Of a stretch of DNA of 64,000 bases, positions 11,601-24,943 are shown piece by piece. Below the pieces are notes generated by a model that was given only the letters and a program-made list of their open reading frames with translations, was not told the DNA's origin and did not search any database. This DNA is from Dicyema japonicum. Lineage: Eukaryota > Animalia > Dicyemida. The translations under genes and the position numbers were made by a program. The stretch is taken from NCBI GenBank assembly GCA_011109175.1, contig RDEW01000086.1:9707-73706 (forward strand), given 5' to 3'. Numbering within the stretch: position 1 is the stretch's first letter; the number at the start of each line of letters is the position of its first letter.

Positions 11601-14245
11601 CTGAACCAGAAATCGAAGATGCTGTATTTTATGGGAATTTAATTCTATCAGAAAGGAATGACGGCATTGCATTTGGCAGCTAAAAGAGGGCATTCAAATT
11701 TAATCGATGTTTTCAAAAACAACGTGGATTTGAATATTATTAGCAAAAAGGTAAATAAAACGTTTTATTAAAGAATGGGTTAACTCCATTGCACGTGGCC
11801 TCTCTTTATGGAAATAGTCAATTCACTAGTGAGATGTTAATTCACGTTTCTCCGACAACTCCAAGCGAGTTTTCTAAATTTGGATGCACCGTCAAAGACA
11901 TTGGAAAAGATTTTGGTCTTCATCCTTTACATTTCGCTGCCTTCTCTGGGAATGAAAGTGTTGTGAGAGTTCTTTTGAACAGCAACAAAGTTGAAATGAC
12001 TAAGTTTACACATATTCATGTAAATTAATAAAATAATACGAAAGAATTACATTCCAATCCATTACGCCATCCAAAATGGAAATAATAGCGTAGTGAGTCT
12101 TTTACTGAACGAATCAATATCACAGCTCAATTGTGTTGATCAAAGAAAACGAAGTTGCCTTCATCTTGCAGCCTTGAAAGGGAATTACGACACAGTGGTT
12201 TTTCTATTAGGCCAAGGTGCCGACGTCAACTCCATTTCTGAGGTACTAAATTTAGTGAACTTCTAAATATTGTTTGTCATGAACATTTTAGTCAGGGATG
12301 ACTGCCCTTCATTACGCAGCGAAATATGGTCATATTGGTATTGTAAATTTGCTGATAAAAAACGGAGCTATGATTTGCTTGAAAACAAATGATGGGAAGT
12401 CAGCAATCTCCTTAGCAGCCGCAGGTGGATTTGTCGAAGTTTTAATATCTCTTTTAAGCGGCTCTGATATTGATGAACTCTGTGATAACAAACAAGTTAG
12501 CAAGTCGTTCGTTATTTCAGTTTCTAGTTGATTTAATGCTTTGTAATAAAAGTTCATCAAAATGTCCAATCAGACGTCTTATTTTCTTGCATTCCGTTCC
12601 TATTGAAATGGCCTTAAAATTGGCTAAAAAATACCATATTCTTGCTGAAAGAGAAAAGGAAATAACAAACGATCTTTTAGCGACTGAGGCTGAATGTGAA
12701 AATCTTGCTACAGATTTATTTTCGATAATATCAGGAATGGACATGGATGACAATTTGTTGAAATCTTCAAATGTTAAAGGAATGACATTTCTCGACATTT
12801 TAATCGAAACTGAACAGAAAAATGTTTCTCTCAAAAATCTACTTTAGGTTATAGCGCATCCAGCATTACAAAAATACTTTTCAGAATTGTGGCTCCAAAA
12901 TATTAAGTGGGGAAAGTCAAGTTTATTCTCTTTATTTTTCTCTTGATAATGTTCCCCCCAATATGGCTTTTATCTACTCTTCCATTCTTCGCCAAATTTA
13001 ACAGAATTCCAGTTATAAAATTTATAAATTATTTCGCTACTCATATTTACTGCATGTTGCTTTACTTTATTGTCTCTGTTTCTCCAATTTATCCAATATA
13101 TGACTCAAACAAGTTACTGAATGCTAATGCTTAGTTTCCTGTCGTGTTTTTTTGAATTTTTACTTTTATTTTGGATCTTTGGTTGGATTATATTTGAATT
13201 TTCCAACAAAAAAGGAAAGAACGGGATTTGATTACATAAAAATTTGTGTTTTGCTTCTTTCAACAATCGCATTTTTTATCCACATGTAACTTACAACTTT
13301 CAGGTAATCAACTTTATTTTATAACTTTAGGAAAGCGAGAAATATTACTACATTTATATCAGAAATCAGATTCTATCTGGCTCGCTATTTTCTGTTTCAT
13401 GTTACTGCTGGATTTTTTAAGCTTTCATTATATGTTTGGTCCTTGGGTAGTTATAATTCAAAGTTTGTTATCCGAGGTTGTTCGCTTCATGTCTATTATG
13501 CTAATATTTATGCTGCATTTACTATTTCTATAGCGGCTATTAGCTCTCCCATGAACAACAAAACGTTAACAACTGTCAATCAAACTTCAACTCCAATGAA
13601 AATTGTTGATATTTTTGAATTTCTTTATTTTGGATTATTTGGGCTCGTCAACCCAATGAGTTTATCCCCGTATGCTCAGACGCCTTCGTGGAGTTTCTTT
13701 CTAATGAAGACTATTCTCGGAATATACATGTCTGTTTCAATAATCGTGTTAGTGAACTTGCTTATTGCAATGATGTCAAACACTTATCAGCGTATACAAG
13801 CTCAATCTGACATAGAATGGAAATTTACAAGAACTAAATTGATCACAAATATGTACAACATACCAGCAAGTCCGTATCCATTAAACATATTCGTTATTCT
13901 GTTTAGAAATATTAAAACCGTTTGCAACAAGGCAGGTATCGGAACTTAAATAAATCAAAGCCCAAAGCCTCGGCTGCTGTTGGAAAGATTCTGAAGAGTC
14001 TTTCATCATTAAAAGTAAATTTAAAGAAGCAAAAATAAAAGAAAAATGGATTGAAGTTATGAGGAGGAGTACTTATCAAATGAAAGAGAGAAGCATCGAT
14101 ATTACACGTTTTCACAATTTAATATATTTTAGACTTGTATGGGCACAACAAAGTAAACGGAGAATCCATCAAAATGAAAGATGCTATAAATTGGAACCAA
14201 GTCATAGATAAATATAACTTACTCAAGTCAGAAAATAATAAATAA
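8662..14245 (+). CDS. nompC: NOMPC/TRPN mechanosensitive channel: 29 ankyrin repeats, 6-TM TRP domain, about 30 micro-introns
   Basis: Manual splicing yields 29 ankyrin repeats (e.g. GKTALHYA, GWTPLYYA, LHFAAFSGNESVVRVLLNS). These are followed by ILIETEQKNVIAHPALQKY, LLDFLSFHYMFGPW, GIYMSVSIIVLVNLLIAMMSNTYQRIQAQSDIEWKF (S6 and TRP box) and KDAINWNQVIDKY, colinear with my recollection of Drosophila NOMPC. Start is 8662 or 8701; stop 14243-14245. Seven 1-nt frameshifts are needed (about 10560, 11002, 12910, 13210, 13285, 13390, 13508). Confidence 0.96.
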
Positions 14246-15999
14246 GATAATAATTTGAAGCTACTAACTTAATACAATAAAATGAGCTAATTTAAATTTC
14301 GCTGAGGAATCATTGCGCAGAGCAAATGGTCTCCCATCTTAAAGATATGGAAAAAGTAGCTCTTTGCGGCGAGTCACACGACATTTTTTTATTGGGCGAC
14401 AACAGAAGATGGTGAGGATAGCCAGTCTACCTAACAGCCCCCTCTATGAAGCCATGAACAAAAATCCATAAAAACCGTCCTAGATACGAGATAACAACAT
14501 GTACTTTCGGAGAGCCATCCAGGAGTCTGATCCAAGTCGTATGGACCTGGATTAGTTGTAATTATTACTTCTTGTCAGCGTATCGGTTAATAAATTAAAG
14601 TAAGAGATGGCTAATCAATCTTATCCACTTTATTTTGTAAGCTTTCTCTTTTTATGTTATAAACGTAGCATAATTAGTAACTCTGATCCATGACGATCAA
14701 AAATGAGGCCAACTCTCTTGCCCTTATGGCCTGTATATCCTACCTACACTTTAAACATCTCTGACCCAACAGAATCCAGGCCGTTCATGATTTTTCCCTT
14801 TTTTATATTCATGTTGTGGTAGAAATCAATCGTTGTCGTATTGCTCAAAACAACATTCTTCTTGTCCTTCTTTCACAGACAAAATTCTCTATCCTCTATC
14901 CTGGGAATAGTTCTGAATGAGAATTTCTTCTACATCAACCCTTTCTAATCACAATGTGTCTTTCGTCATCTTCACTCGACAACTTCCAAACCTCTCCACC
15001 TGACAAGATTTATTGCTGAAGATTTTAATAATTCTATGCTCCCTAAAGGCAATCGATTGATAAAAGTTTTAATATTTCTCATGTAGTCCTCTCAAACAAA
15101 CCAGATCATCAAATTCTTTTAGTTTGTTAGTCTGGCACAAAAATTTCTTTTTGAAACATGGTTCATTCTGTTTATACTCTCATATCTCCAGATTTTGTTA
15201 TTTTCCTCAGAGATCTGTTCTTTTCACTTCAAAGTTCGATCTTCACTTAAGCAACTTTCCAAAAACTCAGAAAAAGTTTATTTAATCATACGATGATTAT
15301 CTTGAGAGATTAGGAACTTCCAAATGCCATCAGAAAAATCTAAATTTATTTAAATCTATTGTCCGACTGGATGGTATCACATTTGATGTCTACGATATCA
15401 TAAATATCGCTGAAAGGTATTGGAGTCCTATATTAATCTCCGAAATTAAAACGTCCAAAATTCTAAAAAAGTGATCACATTTTGCAAAGAACAAGGGCAA
15501 CAAAGGTTTGTTGAATGATTCTTTATTAAATATTCGGAAAAATGATTTTTGTCTGTTTTGAAAAGTCCAATCACGCTTGAAAAAAAATTAGATTTTAATT
15601 TATCTGACGATATTTCAAGGCAATATTCTGAAACAGGAAACAAATTTTCTTTCAAAAAGTCGAAATGATGTCAAAATGAGGCCGTCTGAATGTGACTACA
15701 AATTATAACCAGTCTTAATTTTTGGTCATAGTTGTTCACGACTATTATTGCAAAAACAACTAAGGCATTTTTGATTAAGAAAGATTGTACCTAAACGAAT
15801 CAATTGAAATTAATATTTTTTGCAATATTTTCTAACTATCTGTTCTGTTATAGCTTATTCTGTAAAAAAAATTTATAACAAATTTATTTTGATTCCTTGT
15901 TAATAGCAGAAATACTCATAAACAATGTCACATCAAGAGCGAAATACCCATTATAAACGCGCAAATTAACCACCATAAATCTTCGTTTAAGTCAGCATT

Positions 16000-16250
16000 A
16001 CGCGTGAATTCCGCAGCGAGCACTGCTGAAGATTTGAAAAGAAGAAAGTACTGCGACGCTGGTGACCGGTTCGCTTTACTGCCGATCTCCGTTGAAATGC
16101 CAGGCGTTATTGGCCGAGCACTTCCGAGTTTAGCATATTAATCGGAAAACTTTCGGGGCTGCGGACGAGCGAGCTTAGAATGACTCAATGGCTCTTTCAG
16201 GAAATTTGGTTCGCGATTATGAGGGGCAACTAACATTGTTAGCTCAATGC
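16000..16250 (+). mobile_element. CRE-clade endonuclease fragment, divergent subfamily
   Basis: AASTAEDLKRRKY...DRFALLPISVEMPGVIG...WLFQEIWFAIMRGN matches the 8290-8530 region. Confidence 0.65.
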
Positions 16251-16522
16251 CTGCAGACCATAATGTTATCTCTTTTCCTCTTTTCTCGCCATAACAACTA
16301 AAATTTATTTTACCTAACAAATAGTATAATTAAAAAACGATTTTTTTAAATGAGTCATAAAAAATTTAATGAAATGAAAAAAATCAACGACAACGTTACA
16401 CCAAACTAACTAATCACTAGGCAACCGAAAGTCAACGAAGTCAACTTGAGTTCTTTGTTTAATTATAATGTTAAAATGCTATTAATTAAATTACTTTAAT
16501 AAAAAATGTTTATATAAAAAGT

Positions 16523-16850
16523 TATGGCATAGTGGTTAGGTGTCGGGCTAAAGTGACTTAGGTTACGGGTTCGATTCTCGCTGCTGTTCACCTGGTGGAA
16601 GGTTCCACGCATCTACGATGCCAAAAGGGTTTGACGAGTGACGCCGTCATCAGTGGATACTCACTGCGGAACTGGATAGTCTAGAAAGGATTTACACACA
16701 AGAAAAAGAAAAAAAGAAGTGAAGATCATTCCTCGGTTTTACGATTAGTTAAAATTAACTGTTCTTTACTTAAATAAAGTGTGTGTCCTGTCTATGCGGA
16801 GCTATAAATATTATGGCTATCGTGAAAAACTGTTATTATTATCATTATTT
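16523..16850 (+). mobile_element. tRNA-derived SINE family B, full-length-like, with RTE-derived tail
   Basis: A box TGGCATAGTGGTTAG and B box GGTTCGATTCTC; body shared with 61883-62070; tail atgcggagctataaatattatggctatcgtgaaa matches the 3' end of the RTE at 32840-32880; ends in tta repeats. Confidence 0.85.
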
Positions 16851-17119
16851 CAAATAGATCCTTAAATGACCTGAGTAGCATAGGTAATGTATCCACATTG
16901 CTTTTTTCAGAATCATCTCGAAATCCATATTTGAAGTTCAATTAAATCGGTAATGCTTTGTTCAATTATGACTGGTACTGAAAACGCCGTAATTCCCCAG
17001 GTTTCAAATTTGGCGAATTCGATAGGTTTTACTGTATTATTTAATATTGTGATTTAATAAATAAATTTCTTCCATCTTAAGACAACTTTTTATTTTTTAG
17101 AGCAATTTAGTTGACTTTT

Positions 17120-17353
17120 TGGAGGCCCCCCGTTTCCGTGGTCGCCCAAGGACGACACTGGCAGTCGTTCTCGACGAGGACCTCAAAGAAATGGGACGGC
17201 ATCTTGCAAGTGGAGAGGATCTGGACTGGTTGCGCGCAGCGGCTTTGAATAGGAGGAAGTGGATGAAACTAACCAGTGATTTGCTAACTCGTGTTGCACA
17301 TGCTTTGTCAAGTCCTATGACATAGCGATAAGTGCTTATAATAATAATAATAA
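17120..17353 (+). mobile_element. 5'-truncated RTE-like LINE insertion with 12-bp TSD
   Basis: FRGRPRTTLAVVLDEDLK C-terminal motif, (TAA)n tail, TSD tagttgactttt at 17108-17119 and 17354-17365. Confidence 0.9.
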
Positions 17354-19441
17354 TAGTTGACTTTTAAGGTCAATTTTTTACATTTTTAAGAGCAACTTTC
17401 CGGTTGCCCTATTAATCACATAATCCTATAATATTCTAATAAAGATCTCAACTTGGCCCAATGCTCTTTCCTTGAGCCCACACAAGCCCGTATCGTCTGT
17501 ATAACTGGATCCTAGTACTCGCTGTCTTAATTTAAAGCTTGAATTCAAAAATAAATAAATTATGATAATTTGAGATAACGCGTCCGTGATGTGACATAAT
17601 AAAATAGAAATTCATTTAAGAACTCTATTTAATTTAATCCACTAGAGTAAAGAAGTCTACTTCGATCCATCTATTAGTTTTCAGTCTTGAATAACTTTAT
17701 ACCTTATGAATTTTTTCACTGGTCAGGACATCTGGTACATTGCTATTTCGACTCAGTGTCGAGGAAGATTTTGACCTGAAAATTTATTTGAACAAAAATC
17801 CCTGGAAATCATAAACTCTAGATAGCTATCTCCTTAGCTGTTGAAGGAATTTGCTTGTATCGACAGTCAAAATCTATTTCCAGGATATCTAACCTACTTA
17901 GTTGTTGAAGGAATGTGGTTCACGTGTGAGTGTTATTAAACGATCCGGTTCCGCATTGAAGTATTCAATAAAAATGGCGTCACTCGTAATATCCAAAGCA
18001 TCATTGATACGTAGAGCTTTCAGCTGAAAAAAAACAAGGTCAGCCTTTTTTTTGTTTCTTTTGGACTTTAGATGTTTATTATGGTTTCCTTATTTTGATA
18101 TGAACTGAAATGAAAATTCTTGAAAAAATGATAATTGACTCAATGTTCCTCCTTGAGCCCAATAGTAGTTTGATTTATTTTATTTAAGAAACCTCAAGAT
18201 CACCAAGAAAGGAGGTGTTGAACCAACTGATTAAATGATCCAAGCTTCCAATAACTTCTGAACACTTGAGTGATCTTCTAGCGATCCCACTACCATCCAA
18301 AACTGTTTTCTAGTATGTCTGCGTAGAGCTCTTCTGAAATGTCCATCTTCAGGCTAAAGAGATTTTTTACATAAGTGAATCTCATTTTTCTTTCCAACAT
18401 AATGACTATATTTTTAATGCTTTATATGCATTGCATCTTTTGAGTCTGTTAACAGTGATCCTACTTCTCTTTGCACCTCAACGGTCTTCTGATTTCGCTT
18501 TTTCACGGTTGATCTTCTGTTTTTTATTGGCTGACGATTAGAACCATTTTGTGTTCTTAACATTGTGAGACCTTGTAAACGATCCAGTTTCGCAGTGAGG
18601 TATCCACCGTTGACAGCGACACTCGTAACCAAAAAGCATAGTAGATGCGTTGAGCCTGAATGGATAGCAGTAAGGTTTGAGCCAGGAACCATTTGGGTTT
18701 ATCCGGAACCTACGGCACTTCTCCATTCCGACCATGAATTTACTCATAGCCTAAAATTTTGGCTAAATGAATTATATGGTAAATTATATTTTAAAGTGAA
18801 TAATCAGAGCTCAGGAACATAAGGGATATATTCTTCTTGTTGTGAATTAATCGCACGATAATAAAAGTAGGCCAAGCATCCAATTAGAACAAAATCAATT
18901 AGCTGAATAATCTAAAAAGATAAGAAATTATATTACCCAATAAAAAATCATTAAAGGAATTCGCTTAAGTATTAAAGTAATAAGAGTGAGGATCAGTATC
19001 GAACCATCGAACACAACGAATATCAAAATTATCACTATTTTCTGAATTTTAAATAATTAGAACTGTGGTGGTAATTTTTTTTTCAATTCTTCTATCGAAT
19101 TCAAACATATAAGAAATTATGAGGACGATTATGAGCACAAACCGAAGAGATGCGACGATGACAAAAAAATGATTAACTGAATAGCTATATAAATGAATGA
19201 CCAACCCCAAAAGAATTATATTAATAATCTAAAATTAACAAAGCTTTTACAAAACATGTAAACTGGAAAATGCTAAAATGCGACTTAAATTTTCTTATAT
19301 CGATGAACATAATTAAATATTTGAAAATTTATTTTTTTTAATTTTAATTATTCCATTAAATTTTATTATTAATTAATTGATTTAATTTATTAACTTTTTG
19401 TTGAACCATTAACCCACTTTAAAAAATTGGATTTTGAAAAT

Positions 19442-19760
19442 AACCGCGTGCGCCATGCGGTGTTTCGTGGCTAATTGATTGAAGTTTCTGTTTTGTTCGT
19501 CTGTTCTCCTCTCTCTTAGAGTGGCGAGTGGCGTCATGTGATCTACCTGTCTAGGTGTTGCTCAGTGCCAGGCCGAAAAAGGATCATTTGGTCTCTTCCA
19601 CTCCACTGGAGGCGTTTCCACAACTGCAACTATGGACGTCTTTTACCCTTTATGCTGATTCCGGATTGACTTTTTCTGTAGAAGTGGAAACTGGATACAC
19701 TTAATTAGTTGTTTACTTTAACTTCTTTCTCAGTGTATCCGGGGTTAATAAATAAATAAA
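19442..19760 (+). mobile_element. SINE-like family A with (TAAA)n tail
   Basis: ccgcgtgcgccatgcgg...ggcgtcatgtgatc...ccactggaggcgtttccacaactgc...gtatccggggttaataaataaataaa; colinear with the other copies. Confidence 0.9.
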
Positions 19761-20049
19761 CTACTAGGGTCAACATTTTTTCTATAATCAATTCAATAAC
19801 TATGTTTACGAATTTTTAGAGTACTGAGAAATATCAACTTGGCATTAAAAAGACTAATCACTACTGAAAAAACTAAGAAAACAATAATAACAGAAGATCC
19901 GCATGCGAATATCTGAAAAAGGTCTTCACTACCTTTGCATTAATCAGGGAAAATAAAGAGCATCTAAATAACCTGAGGCAAATAATCTTAACTACCTTAG
20001 GGATAAAATTATCTCGGATCTGACTTAGCAGAATAAAAGATAAGATTAA

Positions 20050-20480
20050 AGGGTTTCTATCGCCTAGTCACTGTGGCTTACGGACTGGAAGACTTAAGTG
20101 AATTCTATATGGAGCCATCGGTAGGTTTCTGCAATTTGCTATAAATACCGGAAAACTACATATATCCTCGGTATATACATGTCGCTGGCTTTTGATACCG
20201 TCATCAGCGATACTTTGGGGACATTGAGTCTAAACCCTTTTATACAACATGCGGTGTCCCCCAAAATGATTAACTATTGCCTGTTTATCTATTATAATAT
20301 CTCAAGCCACTCTGAACGAATTTAGGGAAACATAAGATGCGGTCTCTCGAAGTAATACAGCGGATGCTATCGACTTGATTTTAATGTGTTATGCAGACAA
20401 TTCTTTCGATATTTGAAAAATAGTTCTAATCGTCAGCCAATAAAAAACAGCGTACCAAGATCAATCGTGAAAAGGCGTAG
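20050..20480 (+). mobile_element. Degenerate LINE reverse-transcriptase fragment
   Basis: Disrupted RT-like motifs (LAFDT; CGVPQ-like; CYADN). The segment 20423-20480 recurs inverted at about 18505-18545. Confidence 0.4.
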
Positions 20481-20689
20481 CACCACATGGCGCCAATTCA
20501 GAGCAATAGTTATTCCGATCTACTCAAGTCGTAAAAAATGCTTCTTAATTCTTTTATAATTTTAAAATATCTAAAAATCTAATAAAATCATTTTATTAAA
20601 AAATATATTTTACAAATTTTTTCATCCGTCTTTCTTCCTTTTCTATTTCCGCTTTTTCTACTTTTTTCTATAACAGCTACTGGCTTTCT

Positions 20690-20870
20690 TGGCTAATCTA
20701 AAGTCTGATGACATCGGATCTGATAGTCGTGGATTCGAATCCAAAAAATGGACTTTTCAACGAAAGTCGATTCTCGTCGACTGGATCCCATCTGTGATGT
20801 CGAGTTTTTCTGCCACGACATAGTAGTTGAAACGACTGAATGAGTTTTTATTATATCTGGGATTATTAAA
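20690..20870 (+). mobile_element. tRNA(Arg)-like SINE family C
   Basis: gtctgatgacatcggatctga...ggattcgaatcc head; body aligns with 47388-47540. Confidence 0.7.
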
Positions 20871-21349
20871 TAAATAATGAATAATGTTTTCAAACTAAAA
20901 ATGTAGATCAGGGTTTCTTAATTTTTTATGTATCTCACATGCATGCGCTTCGTGGGGACCCTCCATCTATACAAATAAAAGAAAAATGAGAAATGCAGAA
21001 GAGGGCGTTCAAAATTACGGAGCGATGGACTCGTGGGAACATGGATCCGGACCGACTTCTCTGGAATTGCTCATCCGGCTAGATCCCGGGATGACTCAAA
21101 GCACCTCTTCAAACAGTCGACTGATACGTACATGTGTGGTATCGAGAAAGGAACATCGGGAAAATATGAGAACTTGATTCGAACATATCGGGATCACGTG
21201 ATAGTTAGTTTCGATTTTTGATTGTGGTCTTGGGGTTTAAAAAATAAATTAATCAGTCAATTTATTTCGATATTTATTGTTTGTGAATTATTTTACTGAC
21301 AATTGATTAACATAAATATGTCAGATCCAAGCATTGAAGCGTGTTTATA

Positions 21350-22270
21350 AGCATTTGTAAGTATATTCAAGATTTTTATTTGGGAAGTAAGCTTGAGTCA
21401 ATTTATTAAGAAAAGAGAGCAAATGGTATATATCGGCTGCCCTGACTGCGTGGCTATTCCCTCTCAAGAAGGCGAACGAGATTCTTTCAAATAACCATTA
21501 ATTAAACAATAAAATTCAATCAAATTTCCAATTTTGAAAAATGAGGTAAATACCACATTTTATTGAAGATCTATTAATTCCAATTGGAGTGATGATGGAG
21601 CATTCTTAGGATATTAAATAGTAATGCAAAAATTTTCATTAATGGCAAAATTTTATCAAACTCTTAAAATAAACTTAATTTAAATAAACCATAGAGAGTT
21701 TTTCAAATTCTAGAATAAGATGACTGATAAATGCAGTATATTTTTCAAATCAACCGCTGGCTTTATTTTCGCGCAAAAAGTGAAATGGTCAGATCTTTGA
21801 GTGCTATTTGATCTATCCAAAGATTTAATTTCAATATAAAAGTAGCAACTGATCCATACAGTTGATGACAAAATTTGTATTGCCCCTGTAATTCACGATT
21901 CAACAAGAATAAATGAGAAGATATATCGAGCCAAAAAAGCTAAATCCACAATCCACTCCTTACTGTTCAACAAAGCATGATATTTGTGGTGTTAAAGACA
22001 AATTCTCTTATTTGATGGAGTAATTTATAAAATCTACGTTTTATACAAACAAATATACCTTTTAAGACACACGAAAACTCGAACCGCGGAATGATAAAGC
22101 ACATCACTATGGACTGTGTCAACTTCCATAAATATTTTTAATCTCCTGTGATTGAGAATTTACCGCGTTTCCAATTCACAATAGACAGCGCCGTACTTAT
22201 TACATTTTACATTTTAAGTGACTTTTCTATTATATTCTCCTGATTTATGAGACGTGGTTCCAAAATTTGG
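21350..22270 (-). mobile_element. Degenerate hAT transposase relic (Charlie/Buster/GTF2IRD2-like)
   Basis: Minus-strand remnants YHSAVR, EWIVDLAFLA, ELQGQYKFCHQLYGSVATFILKLNLWIDQ and FISHLILEFEK, with stops and frameshifts. Confidence 0.6.
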
Positions 22271-22794
22271 AATAAAGATTTTTTATAGTCTCCATTAAGA
22301 AAAAAAGTCCACGAGACCCTTTATTACGATTAATCATATTCCGCCCCCATCAGTAAAATAGAAATTAATTTCAAAGGATCAATGTCAAATTTTTTAATAG
22401 TTTCAAGGAATTTGCTAAACACATCGATTCCTTCTGTATAGCCTTTTAATGAACGAAGAGAAAAAATTCTTAATGAATTTGAAAATCCAAAATGACACCT
22501 CTTGTTAAAATAACCAATCGATCGCTATCAAAGATATTTTTACTCATGTCAACAGCAAAAAATATTTAAAAAAAGTCTTTCGATGCTATAAGAACTTGAT
22601 TAGCTGACGGGCAATGTGCTCAAAAATACATTATATTTTTCTTGTAATGGTATCATTAATAAATAGTAATCGTTTTGTAATATTTTGAATATTTAAGGAC
22701 AATATTTATCACAATAAATGGAAATAACAGTTTTAATAATTTCTCCATAAGAATAAGATTTCATAATATATCGAGTTTTTTTCCTTAACTCTCT

Positions 22795-23650
22795 ATACCT
22801 GGTGTGTGAACCTGTCCAAGGCTTTCGATAGTGTGTGGCATGAACCCCTCCTATCAAGGCTAGCAGCTGCTGACATCCAAAAGAAACTTTTCACATGGAT
22901 AAAAGACCTACTAACAGGGTGAACTTTCCGAGAACATGTCGGGCATATATGTCAAAAGATATCTTACTGAAGAGGGGCGTTCCACAGGGCTCTGTCTTGA
23001 AACGCTTCTGTTTTCTGTGTTTCTGTCTAACTTCCCTACTCCGACGGATGCGAACACCAAACTGATAATTTACGCAGACGATATTCTGATTACGGATACG
23101 TCGGGGAAGTCAACATTGTCAGAAAAAAGAATCAAGTTATTAATCGATCAAGTGCAGGATTAGACGGAACCAAAAACGTCCCTTTTCTTGATAGTTAATC
23201 AACCACGGAGACATCATGCGCAGCCTTATTTACTTAGTATTCCGATAGTACATTCACTCCACTACCTCGGGATAGTTATCGACCGGGAAGGGTCTTTCAT
23301 GGAGGGCATCAGACGACGAAGGCGTTGCAGGCGCTTCTCTGTACAAGCAAGTTGTCCGTTAGCTTGGAGACCTTCCTGTTCATCTTCATGAGGATTGTTC
23401 TATCGGGGATACTTGATGTGAGGCATGGTATTTCTCACGACAAAGGGATAAAATAATGTTACTATAGAAAAATCGAGAAAATCAGCAATAAAGTTAGCCT
23501 TGGAGAAAAAACTGCGTAATGTCCTGAGTGCAGAAGAGGACAAGATTCTCGCCCCAGTCATGTACATTGTGGAGAAGAGGAGTAACGGGATCCGACGCTT
23601 GGACTAAACTAAATGGAGATGGGATCCGTAGGAAGTGTCCAGCTCGCATT
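22795..23650 (+). mobile_element. Degenerate Jockey/CR1-like LINE RT
   Basis: CVNLSKAFDSVWHEPLLSRL, LIIYADDILI, LHYLGIVID. Confidence 0.65.
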
Positions 23651-24943
23651 AGCGGACTCGTTTAAATATCCCGTAAACTAACTCCTAATTCCTGTTTGAA
23701 TAAAGTGTTTTCGGTTCATTTTATTTAGGTAGTGATAAAGTGATTAGAATTTTTACAATAGAGAGAAGATTGGATTTTTGGCGGATAAAAAACAACCATC
23801 GCGTCCATTTGTAATATGGAGACAATCACTCTATCGAAAATTAAAAGAATTTCGTTTCTTTAAGTCTTGATAGTACTTCGAGGGAATTCCTTCTAGGTCG
23901 AGAGTCACCAATGTGGTCTCTTAACTTTTTGTAATTCTTTGCTTAAAATTTCGTAGATAATTTTGTCGAAATTTCTAAACTTCCTAACAAAAACACGTGC
24001 ATAAATTAAGTAATTTAATAAAATTTAAAAAGTTTAATTTAACCTTAAAACTAAATTTTTAAATCACAATGCATGTTCTACGTAAAATTGGTTTCAGAAA
24101 ACTTATATAACCTGAGGGCCAATGATTGGCAGAAAGAGGGACGTTTTGGTTCCGTCCTTTCAGAAGCTTTAGCAACAATTTCCTTCTTACAATGTTTCCA
24201 AGTACCCTAGAAGAACCAACTTAAATTCCACCAGTTTACGGTACTTCCTGGTTCAATCCGATGATCTCGAAGATATCTTTTCGAAATGTTCATTGTAGAG
24301 ACCATTTTGCCGGTCGGTCTGGTGAAACTTTCAGAAGATGTAGAAGTGTTTTTTGTTACTTGATACAAAGTCAAATACTACAACAAAGACTGTGGCAGAC
24401 TGTGGCAATTATGGCACTAATTGCCAACTGTTTCTTGGCAGCTGGTTTCAGATTTGTTTCTTCTCACACATATAGAAAAAGTTTGATTTTTATGAATTTA
24501 TAAATCCTACTTACAAATGACTATAGCGAGAAATTAACTTTTGCATATATCGTTAATATAGTAATATTGCTCATTGAGCGTATCTCCATGCAAATCATCA
24601 AGGGAAATGCGTTTTGAATTATGAGAGCAGCCAGCAGTTGTTAACTATAAGTTTCTCTATTAAACCGATTAATTAAAAAAATATAGTAAGCAGACAAAAA
24701 AATCTCTGATAGTTAATAAAGTTGGTATTTTTAATTATTGTTATTTTGTCTTCTAATTAAAGTGTGTTCGTTTTTGATGGAAATAAAATTTTTGTAGAAA
24801 ATATATTTATTAGGGCTTCAGTAAAAGGAATTTAATTCAGTGAAGGTAAATTTTCATTGTCATTTTTTGATTGAAGATCCGTGTTGTTTGATTATTTTTA
24901 TCTTTTATTTGATTTCTTTTTTTATTTAATGTTTGTTTTAAAT

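Noticed and set aside
16200-16262. tRNA-like sequence ending in CCA
   Set aside because: It translates as WLFQEIWFAIMRGN, the 3' end of a CRE-clade endonuclease fragment.
16523-16590. Functional tRNA genes at 16523, 20690, 43862 and 47388
   Set aside because: A and B boxes are present in part, but acceptor and anticodon stems do not pair, and each continues into a repeated SINE body.
24080-24480. Possible Merlin/IS1595-like or piggyBac-like transposase remnant (IEPGSTV...)
   Set aside because: Only one short motif, no catalytic residues or termini identified; too weak to call.
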